64,000 nt of DNA from Peptococcaceae bacterium UBA7702 (GCA_002482535.1 DLGE01000011.1:2600-66599); one strand, 5' to 3'. Shown: positions 10,286-21,774, numbered from the stretch's first letter. Numbers and translations: made by a program. Notes: generated from the letters alone by a model not told the origin.

Positions 10286-12742
10286 CTATACGACTTTGGC
10301 GACAGTAACCGTGATGTCGTCACGAACCTTGCCGCCGCCCAGCTTCACCGCTTGGTTAGCAATGCGCTCCCCGATGACTTTGGCTTCTTCTTGATAGTTT
10401 TTTTCTACCAGGGAAACAAGCCAGGAATCGGGTTCTTCGCTGCCTTCGGCGGTTTCACATATCCCGTCGCTGGCTAAAATAATAATATCGCCCTTTCTGA
10501 TTTCTTCCTTAAATGATTTGGTGGGCGCTTCTCCGCCGAAGCCGACCATCATCGGCTGCCCGTAAATCACTTTCATCCCCTTTCCCGGTGTGCAGAGATA
10601 GGAGGCGCCGGCGCCCAGCTTCACAAATTCCGCCTCCCGTCGGAAAAGATCCAAAAGGCAGAGGTCGATGGTGGCGTAGATATCGTCCTCTCGGTCCATC
10701 AGCATCAGATAACTGACGAGACCGGCGGCGAAATCACGGTCGAAACCGCACTCCAACACCTCTTTCACCAGAGATATGGTCAGTTCCGATTCTTTTCGCG
10801 CTTTCGGCCCGCTGCCCATGCCGTCACTAATCATCAGCGCTTCTTTGGCCTCGGATAAGACCACTTCGGCATTGGCGTCGCCGCAGACGGCGCTGCCTTC
10901 TTTGGTCAACTGTACCGAGCTGACGGAGAGGCTCGCGGCGCCTTTGATCACAAAACGGCAGTTACAGACAAAATTTGTATCCTTGCCGCCGCAGCAACAT
11001 TCCGCGGCAGCGTACTCTTTCCCGGTCAGACTATAGATGGCGGCGGCGATGATTTCCCCGCAATTCCTGGTACCCCGGCAATGGCGCATTTTTAAGCGCA
11101 AGCCTAAATCATTTTCTGTGACGCTCTCTACCACGATTTTATCGACGTTCAGTCCTTTTTTGCGAATTTCCGTACCGAGTTTTGCGTTGAGCAGATCCTT
11201 GAAAGCTCGGTAAGAATTGATGTTATGACTCAAGGCATTGAGCAGGCGAACCGTATTATCAAGCTGGCTCAAGGCCAGATAACGGCTGCCCACCACTTGT
11301 TTTTGCCAAAACTCATTTTTACGGTAGAGTTCATAAAGGCAGTTCACCGCCGCGGTAATCTCCTTATGGTGACAGCATTTGCGGCGAAATTTTTCCGGCA
11401 GATCTTTGATGGTAATGCCATCGTTGGCTTCGGCCAAAGCAAAAACGCGCATCAGGTCTTTATAGGTGGCGGCGAAATCGCTATCCCAGCAGACGGCCCT
11501 TAGAGAGCAACCCCTGCATACTTTATCAGAAATATGGTCCAAAATCGATTTAATGTTCTTTTCCGCTTTGGGCTCCGCTTCCTTATGAATATCACGGAGC
11601 CTATCGCTTAAAAGCGAAAGATTCTTTCCCGCTTCAGTAAGACGGCTAACGGCGTATTCATCGTTTCTCGGTTTCAGTTCCGTTTTGACCGGAACAGCGC
11701 TTTGCCCCGCAACCAATTCGGTGAGGCGGAAGATCATACCTTTGGGTATCGCCAGGAAGAGGACTGCTCCGATCAGCGTTTCCACGACCGAAGACGTTAA
11801 CAGCGTCGTATTAAGGAGATAAAGCGAAAGCAATAGGTTTCCCAGCAGATACCCAAAGATGATTCCGGGACGGCGGAATTTCGTAAAGATTCCTGCCATA
11901 AACCCGGAAAACGCATACACCCCGATGGCGGAAGGGCTTACCATCGCGGATAAACTGGGGATAACTCCGACCACAGCACCGACAGCGGCGCCGCCTCCGG
12001 CGCCGGCAGTCAACGCCGCAGTTAAGATCAAAAGGCACATGATAATATTCGCGGGAGATACGGAATAAACCGCGATATGATCCATACCCAACAATAAACC
12101 AACGGCTAAAACCAATATGCATAGGATATCTCCCCGTCCCGGTTTTTCCATACTGCTTAAAAGTTGCCATACCTCAAATGCCCGATACAGTATATAGGAA
12201 AGACCGGCGGCTAAGACGCTTTCCCCCAAGGTGATGACGAGGAGCGTATCCGATATGCCGCTAAATACCAGGAAAAGGCCGCGTATTACGACGGTTGTGG
12301 AAAATACGATGATCGGCAGGTAATAACGCGACTTCTTCCCGGAAACGGAATACAAAAGAAAACAGAAAAACTCTGCCAGCAAAACAGCGGCATAAATGGG
12401 AAAATCCTGAGGTACGAACCAATAATAGCCAAAAAGCGCCGGTAATATCCAAAAAAAGATGCGCCTTTTGTCATAAAGGGACGCTGCCGCGAACCAGGCG
12501 ATACCGAAAGGATAAAGGATGTCTAAGAAGCCGGCGCCGGCCAGAAAAAGACCGATGCCGCCCAGAATGAAGGTAGATGCGGAAAAATAACAGCGGATGA
12601 TTTCCCGCAAGGGATGTTCTTTTTTCTCTTGGTAAAGATGCTCCTTTTTCCCCGACTGTGCGCCTTCAAAGGCATAGAATTTCACCGGTTCGCTCACAAT
12701 ATCACTTCCTCTGCCCATGCTGAAACTATTTTCTTTTTGCAT
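10286..12742 (-). CDS. spoIIE: stage II sporulation protein E (PP2C phosphatase with N-terminal polytopic domain)
   Basis: The 818-aa product has about ten N-terminal TM helices and a C-terminal PP2C domain (ISDGMGSG, DGICE). It sits upstream of tilS on the same strand, as it does relative to tilS in B. subtilis. Confidence 0.85.
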   Translation of the reverse strand: MQKENSFSMGRGSDIVSEPVKFYAFEGAQSGKKEHLYQEKKEHPLREIIRCYFSASTFILGGIGLFLAGAGFLDILYPFGIAWFAAASLYDKRRIFFWILPALFGYYWFVPQDFPIYAAVLLAEFFCFLLYSVSGKKSRYYLPIIVFSTTVVIRGLFLVFSGISDTLLVITLGESVLAAGLSYILYRAFEVWQLLSSMEKPGRGDILCILVLAVGLLLGMDHIAVYSVSPANIIMCLLILTAALTAGAGGGAAVGAVVGVIPSLSAMVSPSAIGVYAFSGFMAGIFTKFRRPGIIFGYLLGNLLLSLYLLNTTLLTSSVVETLIGAVLFLAIPKGMIFRLTELVAGQSAVPVKTELKPRNDEYAVSRLTEAGKNLSLLSDRLRDIHKEAEPKAEKNIKSILDHISDKVCRGCSLRAVCWDSDFAATYKDLMRVFALAEANDGITIKDLPEKFRRKCCHHKEITAAVNCLYELYRKNEFWQKQVVGSRYLALSQLDNTVRLLNALSHNINSYRAFKDLLNAKLGTEIRKKGLNVDKIVVESVTENDLGLRLKMRHCRGTRNCGEIIAAAIYSLTGKEYAAAECCCGGKDTNFVCNCRFVIKGAASLSVSSVQLTKEGSAVCGDANAEVVLSEAKEALMISDGMGSGPKARKESELTISLVKEVLECGFDRDFAAGLVSYLMLMDREDDIYATIDLCLLDLFRREAEFVKLGAGASYLCTPGKGMKVIYGQPMMVGFGGEAPTKSFKEEIRKGDIIILASDGICETAEGSEEPDSWLVSLVEKNYQEEAKVIGERIANQAVKLGGGKVRDDITVTVAKVV

Positions 12743-12941
12743 TCACTGTTTATATTTCGATTATAGACCAACGGTTTCATAAACTTTGTCGCAATCGGCG
12801 CAGAAGCAAAAGAAAATTCCGACAGAATCTCGACGCAAACGGGAAAAAAGCGGAAACGAAATCCTTCTATTCTTAGTCCAAAAGGGAAAGCGCCAGGATA
12901 AATTGACGCAGATTCCGACATTTTTCCCACTGCCCGCGGAT

Positions 12942-13379
12942 TTATTTAAAAACGAGTTTTGTACCGAAAAACAGGAGCACAACGCCGAGGAGGCGGCTCC
13001 AGGCAAAGGGGATTTTATCGGCGCCAAAGAGGCCGAAACTGTCGATCAACAAAGCGGCGCTGACCTGAAAAAGGATGATCACCGCCGTGGCGTTACCAAC
13101 GCCGAGATGGGCCATGCCGGCAACGACGGCAAAGATGATGACAGCGCTTAAAATACCACCCAAATAACCGTACCAAGGGATTTCAAAAAACCGGGACCAA
13201 TCTCCCTTGCCGATGCCGAAGAGAAGCAACAGGGCAATGACGGCAGCGCCGATCAAATGAACGACCAGGGTATTTTCGGCAATGCCGATGACCTTTCCGG
13301 CGGCTGTATTAAAGGTTCCCTGCAGCGCCATGGCCGTGCCGGCAACGGCGGCGAAGAGAATCGATGACCATTGATGCAT
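12942..13379 (-). CDS. DMT-superfamily membrane protein, DUF606/YdcZ-like (paralog of 2883-3332)
   Basis: This hydrophobic 145-aa product has an AAGGAG RBS. Confidence 0.65.
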   Translation of the reverse strand: MHQWSSILFAAVAGTAMALQGTFNTAAGKVIGIAENTLVVHLIGAAVIALLLLFGIGKGDWSRFFEIPWYGYLGGILSAVIIFAVVAGMAHLGVGNATAVIILFQVSAALLIDSFGLFGADKIPFAWSRLLGVVLLFFGTKLVFK

Positions 13380-13475
13380 AGTTACGCTCCTTGCTTTTTC
13401 TTCTATTGTGTCCGATATTCCAATAAAATACCGTCATTCAGACAATACTATAAGGAAAAAGAAAGGGAGATTGTT

Positions 13476-14159
13476 ATGGAGCTTCCTTTGGTGTCCGCCA
13501 CCATATTGAAAACCGGCGCGCTTTTTTTGCTGACCCTTATCTGCTTCCGTCTGATGGGGTATCGCTCTTTGGGCGACATGGAACCCCTGGACTACGTGAT
13601 CGTTCTCGGTATCGGCGAAATCATGGGGTCCCCTCTGGCCGCCGCGGATAAAAGCATTCTTTACCCGGCCTTGGCCATCGTCATTTTAACACTGCTGCAA
13701 ATCTCCCTTTCGGCGCTGTACGCCAGGGTTCCCAAATTGGGCAAAGTGATGGAGGGCGGTCCCGTTCCCGTCATCAAAAACGGCAAGATCATTGAGAGAA
13801 ACCTTGCCCGTTACCGGATTGACAACAATTCCATCATGGAAGAATTGCGCATCAAAGGCGTCCGCGACGAAAATGACGTGGATCTCGCCTATTTGGAACC
13901 AAGCGGCCGTTTCAGCGTGATCTTAAAAAAGGAAGCTTCGCCGGTAACGCCCCGTTATTTCGGGGAAAAGGGCTCCCTTACCTTGGTAGAAAAGGGGGAG
14001 ATTCGGCCGGAGTATTGGGAGGATAAAGAAATCGATAAAAAGGCCATCCTCGCCTTTCTCGCTGAAGAAAACGTGAGATCCTGGTCGGAAATTGAAACAT
14101 TGCTTTATAAAAACGGTAACTACATCTTAGAAAGGAAAAATAACCAAGGTAAAACGTAA
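13476..14159 (+). CDS. DUF421 (YetF-like) membrane protein
   Basis: The product has two N-terminal TM helices and a C-terminal YetF-like domain. I chose the start MELPLVS, which has an AGGGAG RBS. The ORF-track start at 13371 has no RBS and overlaps the 5' end of the neighbouring minus-strand gene (12942-13379). Confidence 0.7.
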   Translation: MELPLVSATILKTGALFLLTLICFRLMGYRSLGDMEPLDYVIVLGIGEIMGSPLAAADKSILYPALAIVILTLLQISLSALYARVPKLGKVMEGGPVPVIKNGKIIERNLARYRIDNNSIMEELRIKGVRDENDVDLAYLEPSGRFSVILKKEASPVTPRYFGEKGSLTLVEKGEIRPEYWEDKEIDKKAILAFLAEENVRSWSEIETLLYKNGNYILERKNNQGKT

Positions 14160-14218
14160 AAAATTGCGATTTTCCTCTTGACTTTTTTTTCGTTTTATAT
14201 CATAATTGTTATTGCTGT

Positions 14219-14294
14219 GGCGGCGTAGCTCAGTGGTTAGAGCACTCGGTTCATACCCGGGGTGTCATGGGTTCAAATCCAATCGCCGCTACCA
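14219..14294 (+). tRNA. tRNA-Met (CAT anticodon). It could be elongator tRNA-Met or the lysidine-modified tRNA-Ile2.
   Basis: I folded the cloverleaf by hand. The acceptor stem is ggcggcg/cgccgct, the anticodon loop is ttCATac, the T-arm is atggg-ttcaaat-cccat, and CCA is encoded. Confidence 0.85.
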
Positions 14295-14297
14295 CAT

Positions 14298-14374
14298 GGC
14301 GCGTTGGAGAAGCGGCTGAACTCACCAGCCTTTCACGCTGGCATTCATGGGTTCGAATCCCATACGCGTCACCA
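14298..14374 (+). tRNA. tRNA-Glu (TTC)
   Basis: The acceptor stem is ggcgcgt/acgcgtc, the anticodon loop is ctTTCac, the T-arm is atggg-ttcgaat-cccat, and CCA is encoded. It is identical to the minus-strand copy at 48602-48678. Confidence 0.85.
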
Positions 14375-14384
14375 TATTAAAAAG

Positions 14385-14411
14385 GTCTGTCCCGTCGGGA
14401 CAGGCTTTTTT
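14385..14411 (+). terminator. rho-independent terminator after the tRNA pair
   Basis: A gtctgtccc-gtcg-gggacaggc hairpin is followed by a TTTTTT run. Confidence 0.65.
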
Positions 14412-14457
14412 AATATATTGATTTAGAAGGGATTCGAAGTTTATGCCCTTTAGGGTA

Positions 14458-14516
14458 AATTCCATACGCGTCACCATATTAAAAAGGGCTTATCTCACCG
14501 GGATGAGCCTTTTTTA
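14458..14516 (+). repeat. tandem second copy of the tRNA-Glu 3'-end fragment plus a terminator hairpin
   Basis: The string attccatacgcgtcaccatattaaaaagg repeats the sequence at 14361-14388 about 100 bp downstream. It is followed by a second hairpin and T-run. Confidence 0.6.
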
Positions 14517-14603
14517 TTTAGTTGATTCGCAGGAATTCGGAGTTTATACCGCAAAGAAGCCACCTGCGTCACGCAGGTGGCTTCTTATACAACTTACCAT
14601 ACT

Positions 14604-16718
14604 TTATTGATCGTCATCCTGATCTTCTTCTTTCAGTTCGAATTTCCCGATCAATTCCTTGAGCATTTGCGACTGCCCGGAAAGCTCTTCACTGGCAGCG
14701 GCACTCTCCTCCGCCGTGGCGCTGTTGGTTTGCACCACACCGGAAATCTGTTCCATGCCGATGTTCACTTGATCCGCGGCTTTCGCCTGTTCTTCACTGG
14801 CGTCGGCAATTTCCTGAACCACTTCGTCGGATCGTTCGGTACCCTCGGCGATTTTCTCTAAGGCTTCCGCCGTTTGCGTCACGATTTTCGAGCCGTTTTC
14901 AATGGCCGCAAGGGAGCTTTCAATTAAGGCAGCGGTATCCTTTGCACTCTCCGCGGATTTACCCGCCAGGTTTCTCACTTCTTCCGCCACAACGGCAAAG
15001 CCTTTCCCCGCCGAACCGGCCCGGGCAGCTTCTACCGCCGCGTTAAGAGCCAAAATATTCGTTTGGAAGGCAATGTCGTCGATGTTTTCGATGATCTTGC
15101 CGATCTTGTTGGAGGCGTTGCTGATTTCGTCCATGGCCTTGATCATCAGATCCATCTGCACCTTGCCTTCGGCGGTGGTCTGTCCGTTCAAAACTGAAAT
15201 TTCCTTCGCCTTCGCCGCATTTTCCGCGTTGGCTTTTATCTGCGCAGTGATCTCACTGAGTGTGGCGGAAAGCTCTTCAATGGCGCCGGCTTGCTCCGCC
15301 GCCCCTTGGGATAGTGACTGGGCTCCTTCCGATACCTGGGACGCCCCTTCAAAGACTTGATCTGCGGACCGATCCATTTCCCCAAAAGTACTGTTCAGTG
15401 AGTTGATGATGTTATTGAGGCTCACTTTGATTTCATTAAAGTCGCCGATGTATTCCCTGGTGACCTCTTGATTGAGATTTCCGTTGGAGATCTTGGTTAA
15501 TACCTCCGAAATTTCACCGATATAACTATTCAAAATTTCCGCGGTATGTTCATTGATCCTGGTAAGCTTGCCCAGTTCATCATTGGTATAGTGGTCTGCT
15601 TTTTCGATGTTCAGATTGCCTTGCCCCATCTGTTCGATGTTGTGTACGATCTTGCCCACCGGCGCCAAAGACTTTTTGAGATTTCTGAAAATGATGAAAG
15701 CAAGGAGAAGGAGACCGACTACGGTAATGGAAACGACGATGATGATCATCGTCTTAACGGATTCAAAGGCTTCGGATTGATCCACGGAGTACTGATAGGA
15801 CCAGGTTTTATCAATCCCATCTACTTTTACAGGCATACTATAGATAATTGCCTTATCCTTGGTTTCCGGATCAATGCCTTCGATTTTGGTTTCCTTGGCA
15901 TTTTTGATGGCCTCCAACCGTTCTGCATCGCCGTCATTGATGACCTCAAATTGTTTCCCCGCGTTATCCGTATTTGTTGTGTCTACAATATAGGTTCCTT
16001 CCTCAGTCAAAAGATACCCGTGAGCCGTTTCATAATCACCCATATTGTAGTCTAACCCCAAAAAGTATTCCGCTACAAAGTCGCAGCAGGAAACACCAAT
16101 CAACGTCCCGTTATCATCAAATATCGGCTTACTTAACGTAATCAAATAAACGGTTTCTCCGTTTGTCAGTTCATATTTATAGGGTTCTGTAATGTTCGGC
16201 TTTTTCGTTTCCGCGGAGATGGCATAATAGTCCGCAACAGAATAATCATCATAATTATTTAACACGTCAATGGCCACGTCGTTTCCATCCCGATATATAT
16301 AGTACGATTGACCATCGGGAGTATCGGGAAAATACATATTCGGTTCAAAGGCATAATAGGCCGAAAAGATTTTCTCATCCAATAAAACATTGTTCAATGA
16401 ATCATGAATCAGCTGCTCCGCCACTTCACGGTCAAAGTTGCTATAACTTCCCACGTTATTCGCTAACGAATTAGAAAAATTGTCCAGCTTATCCAAATTG
16501 CTTGAAACAATTTTAGCGTTATAGGCTGCAAGCTCCTTAATCTCATTCTCTTGCTTTTCCATAAAGGCATTTTCCAAAACCACGCTCAGGGTAACAATCA
16601 CCACCAACATAACAAAAAACAGCGCAACCATTGTTCTGGTCAAGATTTTGTTTGTCAAGCTCTTTGATTTCATGGAGTTTCGCTCAGTTTTTTTCAGTGT
16701 TTTCTTTTTCAATGTCAT
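14604..16718 (-). CDS. methyl-accepting chemotaxis protein (dCache_1 sensor, HAMP, MCP signalling domain), paralog 1 of 5
   Basis: The 704-aa product has an N-terminal TM, a ~300-aa periplasmic double-Cache-like region, a second TM, HAMP, and the conserved MCP signalling domain. The tail ends [13 protein letters not shown]. An AAGGAGAG RBS is present. Confidence 0.85.
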   Translation of the reverse strand: MTLKKKTLKKTERNSMKSKSLTNKILTRTMVALFFVMLVVIVTLSVVLENAFMEKQENEIKELAAYNAKIVSSNLDKLDNFSNSLANNVGSYSNFDREVAEQLIHDSLNNVLLDEKIFSAYYAFEPNMYFPDTPDGQSYYIYRDGNDVAIDVLNNYDDYSVADYYAISAETKKPNITEPYKYELTNGETVYLITLSKPIFDDNGTLIGVSCCDFVAEYFLGLDYNMGDYETAHGYLLTEEGTYIVDTTNTDNAGKQFEVINDGDAERLEAIKNAKETKIEGIDPETKDKAIIYSMPVKVDGIDKTWSYQYSVDQSEAFESVKTMIIIVVSITVVGLLLLAFIIFRNLKKSLAPVGKIVHNIEQMGQGNLNIEKADHYTNDELGKLTRINEHTAEILNSYIGEISEVLTKISNGNLNQEVTREYIGDFNEIKVSLNNIINSLNSTFGEMDRSADQVFEGASQVSEGAQSLSQGAAEQAGAIEELSATLSEITAQIKANAENAAKAKEISVLNGQTTAEGKVQMDLMIKAMDEISNASNKIGKIIENIDDIAFQTNILALNAAVEAARAGSAGKGFAVVAEEVRNLAGKSAESAKDTAALIESSLAAIENGSKIVTQTAEALEKIAEGTERSDEVVQEIADASEEQAKAADQVNIGMEQISGVVQTNSATAEESAAASEELSGQSQMLKELIGKFELKEEDQDDDQ

Positions 16719-16755
16719 ACTCTCCTTATATCGATATTTTACGCATCCTTCTTTA

Positions 16756-16783
16756 ATATCTGCTTTATTCTTTCAAATATTTA
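16756..16783 (-). promoter_or_regulatory. sigma-D/FliA-type promoter candidate for MCP1
   Basis: On the minus strand the sequence reads TAAA, then 16 nt, then GCAGATAT. The B. subtilis sigma-D consensus is TAAA-N15-GCCGATAT. Confidence 0.45.
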
Positions 16784-16920
16784 ACTTTATCGATTTATTT
16801 CAATTAGCATAAAAATACGTCTTGGAAAATCCCCCTTTATTCCATAAGGAAAACCGCCTGCAATAACGCAGACGGCTTCCCATATCGTTGGCTTCAACTT
16901 CCATTTATGATTATGGAGCT

Positions 16921-19029
16921 TTATCGATCAAAATCCTGATCTTCCTCTTTCAGTTCAAATCTTTTGATCAATTCCTTGAGCATTTGCGACTGCCCGGAAA
17001 GTTCTTCGCTGGCGGCGGCGCTTTCTTCCGCCGTGGCGCTGTTGGTTTGTACCACACCGGAAATCTGTTCCATGCCGATGTTCACTTGATCCGCAGCCTT
17101 CGCCTGGTCTTCACTGGCGTCGGCAATTTTCTGAATCACTTCATCGGATCGTTCGGTGCCTTCGGCGATCTTTTCCAAGGCTTTCGCGGTTTCCGTCACG
17201 ATTTTCGAGCCGTTTTCAATGGCAGCTCGAGAGCTTTCAATCAAGGCGGCGGTATCTTTCGCGCTCTCCGCGGATTTACCCGCGAGGTTTCTCACTTCTT
17301 CCGCCACAACGGCAAAGCCTTTCCCCGCCGAACCGGCCCGGGCGGCTTCCACCGCCGCGTTAAGAGCCAGAATATTCGTTTGGAAGGCGATGTCGTCGAT
17401 GTTTTCGATGATCTTGCCGATCTTATTGGAGGCGTTGCTGATTTCGTCCATGGCTTTGATCATCAGATCCATTTGCACCTTGCCCTCGGTAGTGGTCTGT
17501 CCGTTCAGAATCGAAATCTCTTTCGCTTTCCCCGCGTTTTCCGCGTTGGCCTTTATTTGGCTGGTAATCTCACTGATTGTCGCGGAAAGCTCTTCAATGG
17601 CGCCGGCTTGTTCCGCCGCACCCTGGGACAGCGACTGGGCTCCTTCCGATACCTGAGACGCCCCTTCAAAAACTTGGTCCGCGGACATATCCATTTCCGT
17701 AAAAGTATTGTTTAGTGAGTTGATGATGTTATTCAAGCTCACCTTGATTTCATTAAAGTCGCCGATGTATTCCCCGGTAACTTCCTGATTGAGATTTCCA
17801 TTGGAGATCTTGGTCAGTACCTCTGAAATTTCGCCGATGTAGCTATTGAGGATCTCTGCGGTGTTTTCATTGATTTTCGTGAGTTTACCCAGTTCATCAT
17901 CGCTATAGGTATCGGCTTTTTCGATGTTCAGATTGCCCTGGCCCATCTGTTCAATGTTGTGTACAATCTTACTCACCGGGGCCAAAGATTTTTTGAGACT
18001 TCTATAAATAATGAAAGCGAGGAGAAGAAGACCGACTACGGTAATGGCAACGACGATGATGATCATCGTCTTAACGGATTCAAAGGCTTCGGATTTGTCC
18101 ACAGAGAATTGACATGACCAGGTTTGATCAATTCCCTCTACCTGCGCGGGCATATTGTAGAAGATTGCCTTGTCCATGGTTTCTGGATTCGTGGCTTCGA
18201 TTTGAATTTCCTTGGCATTTTTGACGGCGTCAAGTCTTTCTTGGTCACCGTCATTGGCTGCCTCAAATTGTTTCCCCTCATTATCTTTGTTGGAAGTATC
18301 CACAATGTAGATCCCCTTCTGGGTCAAAAGACTTCCTGTGGCCGTTTCATAATCACCCATATTATAATCGAGACCTAAGAAAACTTCCACCAACATGTCA
18401 CAAGTTGTCACGCCGAGAAAATCTCCGTTTTCATCAAGTATCGCGCGGCTGATCGTCACCAAATAAACGATCTCACCGGTTGGCAGTTCATACTCATACG
18501 GCTCCGTGATATATGGTTTCAGGCTTTCTTTTACAAGGGCGTAATAATCCTCCGCGTAATAACTCTCATAATCACTCATCACGTCAATGGCTGTATCGCT
18601 GCCGTCTCTGTATACATAATAGGATAAACCGTCGGGAGTATCGGGGAAATACAGATTCGGCTCAAAGAGATAACATGCTGAAAAGATTTTCTCATCCAGT
18701 AAAACGCTATACAATGAATCGCGAAGCAGTTGATCCGCCGTATCATAGTCAAAATTTTTATAACTCACCACATTGTTGGCCAATGATTGGGCGAAGTTAT
18801 CCATTTTTTCCAAATAGCTCACAATGATTTTGCTGTTATACGCCGCAATCTCTTTGATTTCATTCTCCTGCTTTTCCGTAAAAGCATTTTGCAAAACTAC
18901 GCTCAGGGTAACAATGACAATCAACATGACAAGAAATAACGCCGCCATTGTTCTGGTCAAGATTTTGTTTGTCAAACTTTTTGATTTCATTGAATTTCGC
19001 TCAATCTTTTTTAATGATTTATTTCTCAA
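16921..19029 (-). CDS. methyl-accepting chemotaxis protein, paralog 2 of 5
   Basis: The architecture is the same as MCP1. The start is TTG, with an AAGGAG RBS at 8-nt spacing. Confidence 0.85.
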   Translation of the reverse strand: MRNKSLKKIERNSMKSKSLTNKILTRTMAALFLVMLIVIVTLSVVLQNAFTEKQENEIKEIAAYNSKIIVSYLEKMDNFAQSLANNVVSYKNFDYDTADQLLRDSLYSVLLDEKIFSACYLFEPNLYFPDTPDGLSYYVYRDGSDTAIDVMSDYESYYAEDYYALVKESLKPYITEPYEYELPTGEIVYLVTISRAILDENGDFLGVTTCDMLVEVFLGLDYNMGDYETATGSLLTQKGIYIVDTSNKDNEGKQFEAANDGDQERLDAVKNAKEIQIEATNPETMDKAIFYNMPAQVEGIDQTWSCQFSVDKSEAFESVKTMIIIVVAITVVGLLLLAFIIYRSLKKSLAPVSKIVHNIEQMGQGNLNIEKADTYSDDELGKLTKINENTAEILNSYIGEISEVLTKISNGNLNQEVTGEYIGDFNEIKVSLNNIINSLNNTFTEMDMSADQVFEGASQVSEGAQSLSQGAAEQAGAIEELSATISEITSQIKANAENAGKAKEISILNGQTTTEGKVQMDLMIKAMDEISNASNKIGKIIENIDDIAFQTNILALNAAVEAARAGSAGKGFAVVAEEVRNLAGKSAESAKDTAALIESSRAAIENGSKIVTETAKALEKIAEGTERSDEVIQKIADASEDQAKAADQVNIGMEQISGVVQTNSATAEESAAASEELSGQSQMLKELIKRFELKEEDQDFDR

Positions 19030-19072
19030 AATTCTCGCTCCTTATAACGTTATTTTATATATCCTTATTTTT

Positions 19073-19100
19073 ATATCCGCATTATTCTTTCAATTATTTA
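19073..19100 (-). promoter_or_regulatory. sigma-D/FliA-type promoter candidate for MCP2
   Basis: On the minus strand the sequence reads TAAA, then 16 nt, then GCGGATAT. Confidence 0.45.
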
Positions 19101-19207
19101 CTCTTATGGACATATTTTAATGCCTTTGAGAAAATCCTGTTCATTTCATAAAGGAAACCACCTGCGTGATGCAGGTGGCTTTCGTTGAAATTTATGATTA
19201 TGGGATT

Positions 19208-21319
19208 TTAACGGTCAGAATCGTGATCTTCTTCTTTTAGTTCAAATCTTTTGATCAATTCCTTGAGCATTTGCGACTGACCGGAAAGTTCTTCACTGGC
19301 CGCGGCGCTTTCCTCCGCCGTGGCGCTGTTGGTCTGCACCACACCGGAAATCTGTTCCATACCGGTGTTCACTTGATCTGCCGCTTTCGCCTGATCTTCA
19401 CTGGCGTCGGCAATTTTCTGAATCACTTCGTCGGATCGTTTGGTACCCTCCGCAATTTTCTCTAAGGCTTTGGCGGTTTCCGTTACGATTTTCGAGCCGT
19501 TTTCAATGGCGGCCCGAGAGCTTTCAATCAAATCAGCGGTGTTCTTGGCGCTCTCCGCGGATTTACCCGCAAGGTTTCTCACTTCTTCCGCCACAACGGC
19601 AAAACCTTTCCCCGCCGAACCGGCCCGGGCCGCTTCCACCGCCGCGTTAAGGGCTAAGATATTCGTTTGGAAGGCGATGTCGTCGATGTTTTCAATAATT
19701 TTGCCAATTTTGTTGGAGGCGTTGCTGATTTCGTCCATGGCCTTGATCATCAGATCCATCTGCACCTTACCTTCGGTGGTGGTCTGTCCGTTCAGAATAG
19801 AAATCTCTTTCGCTTTCCCCGCGTTTTCCGCATTGGCTTTTATCTGCGCAGTAATCTCATTGAGTGTGGCGGAGAGTTCCTCAATGGCGCCGGCTTGTTC
19901 CGCCGCTCCTTGGGACAGTGACTGCGCCCCTTCCGATACCTGGGATGCCCCTTCAAAGACTTGGTCCGCGGACATATCCATTTCCCCAAACGTACTGTTC
20001 AATGAGTTGATGATGTTATTCAGACTTACCTTGATTTCATTAAAGTCGCCGATGTATTCTCTGGTGACCTCCTGATTGAGGTTTCCATTGGCAATTCCCG
20101 TTAGTACCTCTGAAATTTCACCGATATAGCTATTCAGGATTTCCGCGGTATGTTCATTGATTCTGGTGAGTTTACCCAGTTCATCATCGCTATAGGTGTC
20201 GGCTTTTTCGATATTCAGGTTACCTTGACCCATCTGTTCGATGTTGCCCACGATCTTACCCACCGGGGCCAAGGACTTTCTGAGATTTCTGAAAATGATG
20301 AAAGCAAGGAGAAGGAGGCCGACTACGGTAATGGAAACAACAATGATGATCATCGTCCGAACAGATTCATAGGCTTCGGATTCATCCACGGAGAACTGAC
20401 ATGACCAGGTTTGTTCAATCCCATCGACCTTCACGGGCATATTATAGAAAATTGCCTTGTCCATGGTTTGCGGATTCGTGGCTTTCATTTGGGTTTCCGT
20501 AGCGTTTTTGACGGCGTCGAGCCTTCCCGCGTCGCCGTCATTGGCTGCCTCAAATGAGGTCCCGGCATTATCTGGGTTGGCGGTATCCATAAGATAGGTT
20601 CCCTTCTGGGTCAAAAGACAGCCTGTGGATGTTTCATAACCGCCCATATCATAATCGAGGCCTAAAAAAGCATCGGATAAAATATCACAGCTGGCAATAC
20701 CCATAAACTCCCCATCTTCATTGATGACAGGATGACTTAGGGTAATGAGCCAAACCGTTTCACCGGTTGTCAAATCATACTTTGTGGGTTCTGTAATAAA
20801 TGCCCCCAACGTTTCTTTGGGAACGGAATAATAATCGCCGATGGAATAGACTTCCTTATAATTATTGGCAACTTTAATGGCTGTGCTGTCTCCATCTCTG
20901 AATACCCAGTAGGATAAACCGTCGGGGGTATCGGGTAAGTACAGATTCGGCTCAAAGGCATAATAGGCCGAAAAGATGTTTTCATCCACCAAAACGCTTT
21001 CCAATGAATCACGAAGCAGCTGATCCGTCGTATCATAGTCAAAGTTTCTGTAATTGGCCACGTTGTTGGCCAATGACTTGGAAAAGTTGTCCATCTTCTC
21101 CAAATAGCTCACAACGATTTTACTGTTATATGCCGCAATCTCCTTGATTTCATTCTCCTGCTTTTCTGTAAAGGCATTTTGCAAAACCACGCTCAGGGTA
21201 ACAATCACCACTAACATAACAAAAAACAGCGCAACCATTGTTTTGGTCAAGATTTTGTTCGTTAAGCTTTTTGATTTCATTGAGTTTCGCTCAGTCTTGT
21301 TTAGTGATTTCTTTTTCAA
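19208..21319 (-). CDS. methyl-accepting chemotaxis protein, paralog 3 of 5
   Basis: The architecture is the same as MCP1. The start is TTG with an AAGGAG RBS. Confidence 0.85.
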   Translation of the reverse strand: MKKKSLNKTERNSMKSKSLTNKILTKTMVALFFVMLVVIVTLSVVLQNAFTEKQENEIKEIAAYNSKIVVSYLEKMDNFSKSLANNVANYRNFDYDTTDQLLRDSLESVLVDENIFSAYYAFEPNLYLPDTPDGLSYWVFRDGDSTAIKVANNYKEVYSIGDYYSVPKETLGAFITEPTKYDLTTGETVWLITLSHPVINEDGEFMGIASCDILSDAFLGLDYDMGGYETSTGCLLTQKGTYLMDTANPDNAGTSFEAANDGDAGRLDAVKNATETQMKATNPQTMDKAIFYNMPVKVDGIEQTWSCQFSVDESEAYESVRTMIIIVVSITVVGLLLLAFIIFRNLRKSLAPVGKIVGNIEQMGQGNLNIEKADTYSDDELGKLTRINEHTAEILNSYIGEISEVLTGIANGNLNQEVTREYIGDFNEIKVSLNNIINSLNSTFGEMDMSADQVFEGASQVSEGAQSLSQGAAEQAGAIEELSATLNEITAQIKANAENAGKAKEISILNGQTTTEGKVQMDLMIKAMDEISNASNKIGKIIENIDDIAFQTNILALNAAVEAARAGSAGKGFAVVAEEVRNLAGKSAESAKNTADLIESSRAAIENGSKIVTETAKALEKIAEGTKRSDEVIQKIADASEDQAKAADQVNTGMEQISGVVQTNSATAEESAAASEELSGQSQMLKELIKRFELKEEDHDSDR

Positions 21320-21362
21320 AGTTTTTTCTCCTTATAACGTTATTTTATATATTCTTATTTTT

Positions 21363-21390
21363 ATATCTGCTTTATTATTTCGATTATTTA
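21363..21390 (-). promoter_or_regulatory. sigma-D/FliA-type promoter candidate for MCP3
   Basis: On the minus strand the sequence reads TAAA, then 16 nt, then GCAGATAT. Confidence 0.45.
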
Positions 21391-21450
21391 TCTTTATCGA
21401 TTTATTTTCGTCACAAGCCGGCTGCATTACGAAGGAGGTTTCAAAAGGCA

Positions 21451-21673
21451 AAAAAGCCCGCTTAAGCGGACTTTTTAGACTGTAGACAAAATACGCGCAA
21501 GCGGATTTTGGGCTACAGGATGATAGGCTGTCGAGAAAGGCTTAGACGCGGTGAACGCTTTGGCCTGCGGCTGCGCCGCGTACCGAAATGTACTCAAACA
21601 GTCACAGGGTAGAGCGTTCGCCGTGTATCAGACTTTGTCGGCGGCCTGAAAAGCCCGCTTAAGCGGACTTTTC
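21451..21673. mobile_element. copy A of a 172-bp repeated intergenic element. The core runs 21477-21648. It is flanked by two identical copies of a local hairpin, aaaagcccgcttaagcggactttt.
   Basis: The core is about 90% identical to 33304-33475. The flanking 24-nt hairpin is directly duplicated at both ends. The MCP3-MCP4 spacer is 455 bp, versus 178-221 bp for the other inter-MCP spacers. Confidence 0.55.
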
Positions 21674-21774
21674 AGGATAGGATCATAAATTTCAAGAAAG
21701 ACCTTTTCTTTTTAGAGCATTTTGAAGCCACCTACATGATGTAGGTGGCTTCCATTAAAATGCATGAAATTTTA

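Noticed and set aside
14297-14375. The second tRNA first looked like a long-variable-arm Ser/Leu type or a pseudo-tRNA
   Set aside because: Folding by hand gives a standard 77-nt cloverleaf with a 5-nt variable loop and a TTC anticodon, so it is tRNA-Glu. An identical copy exists at 48602-48678.
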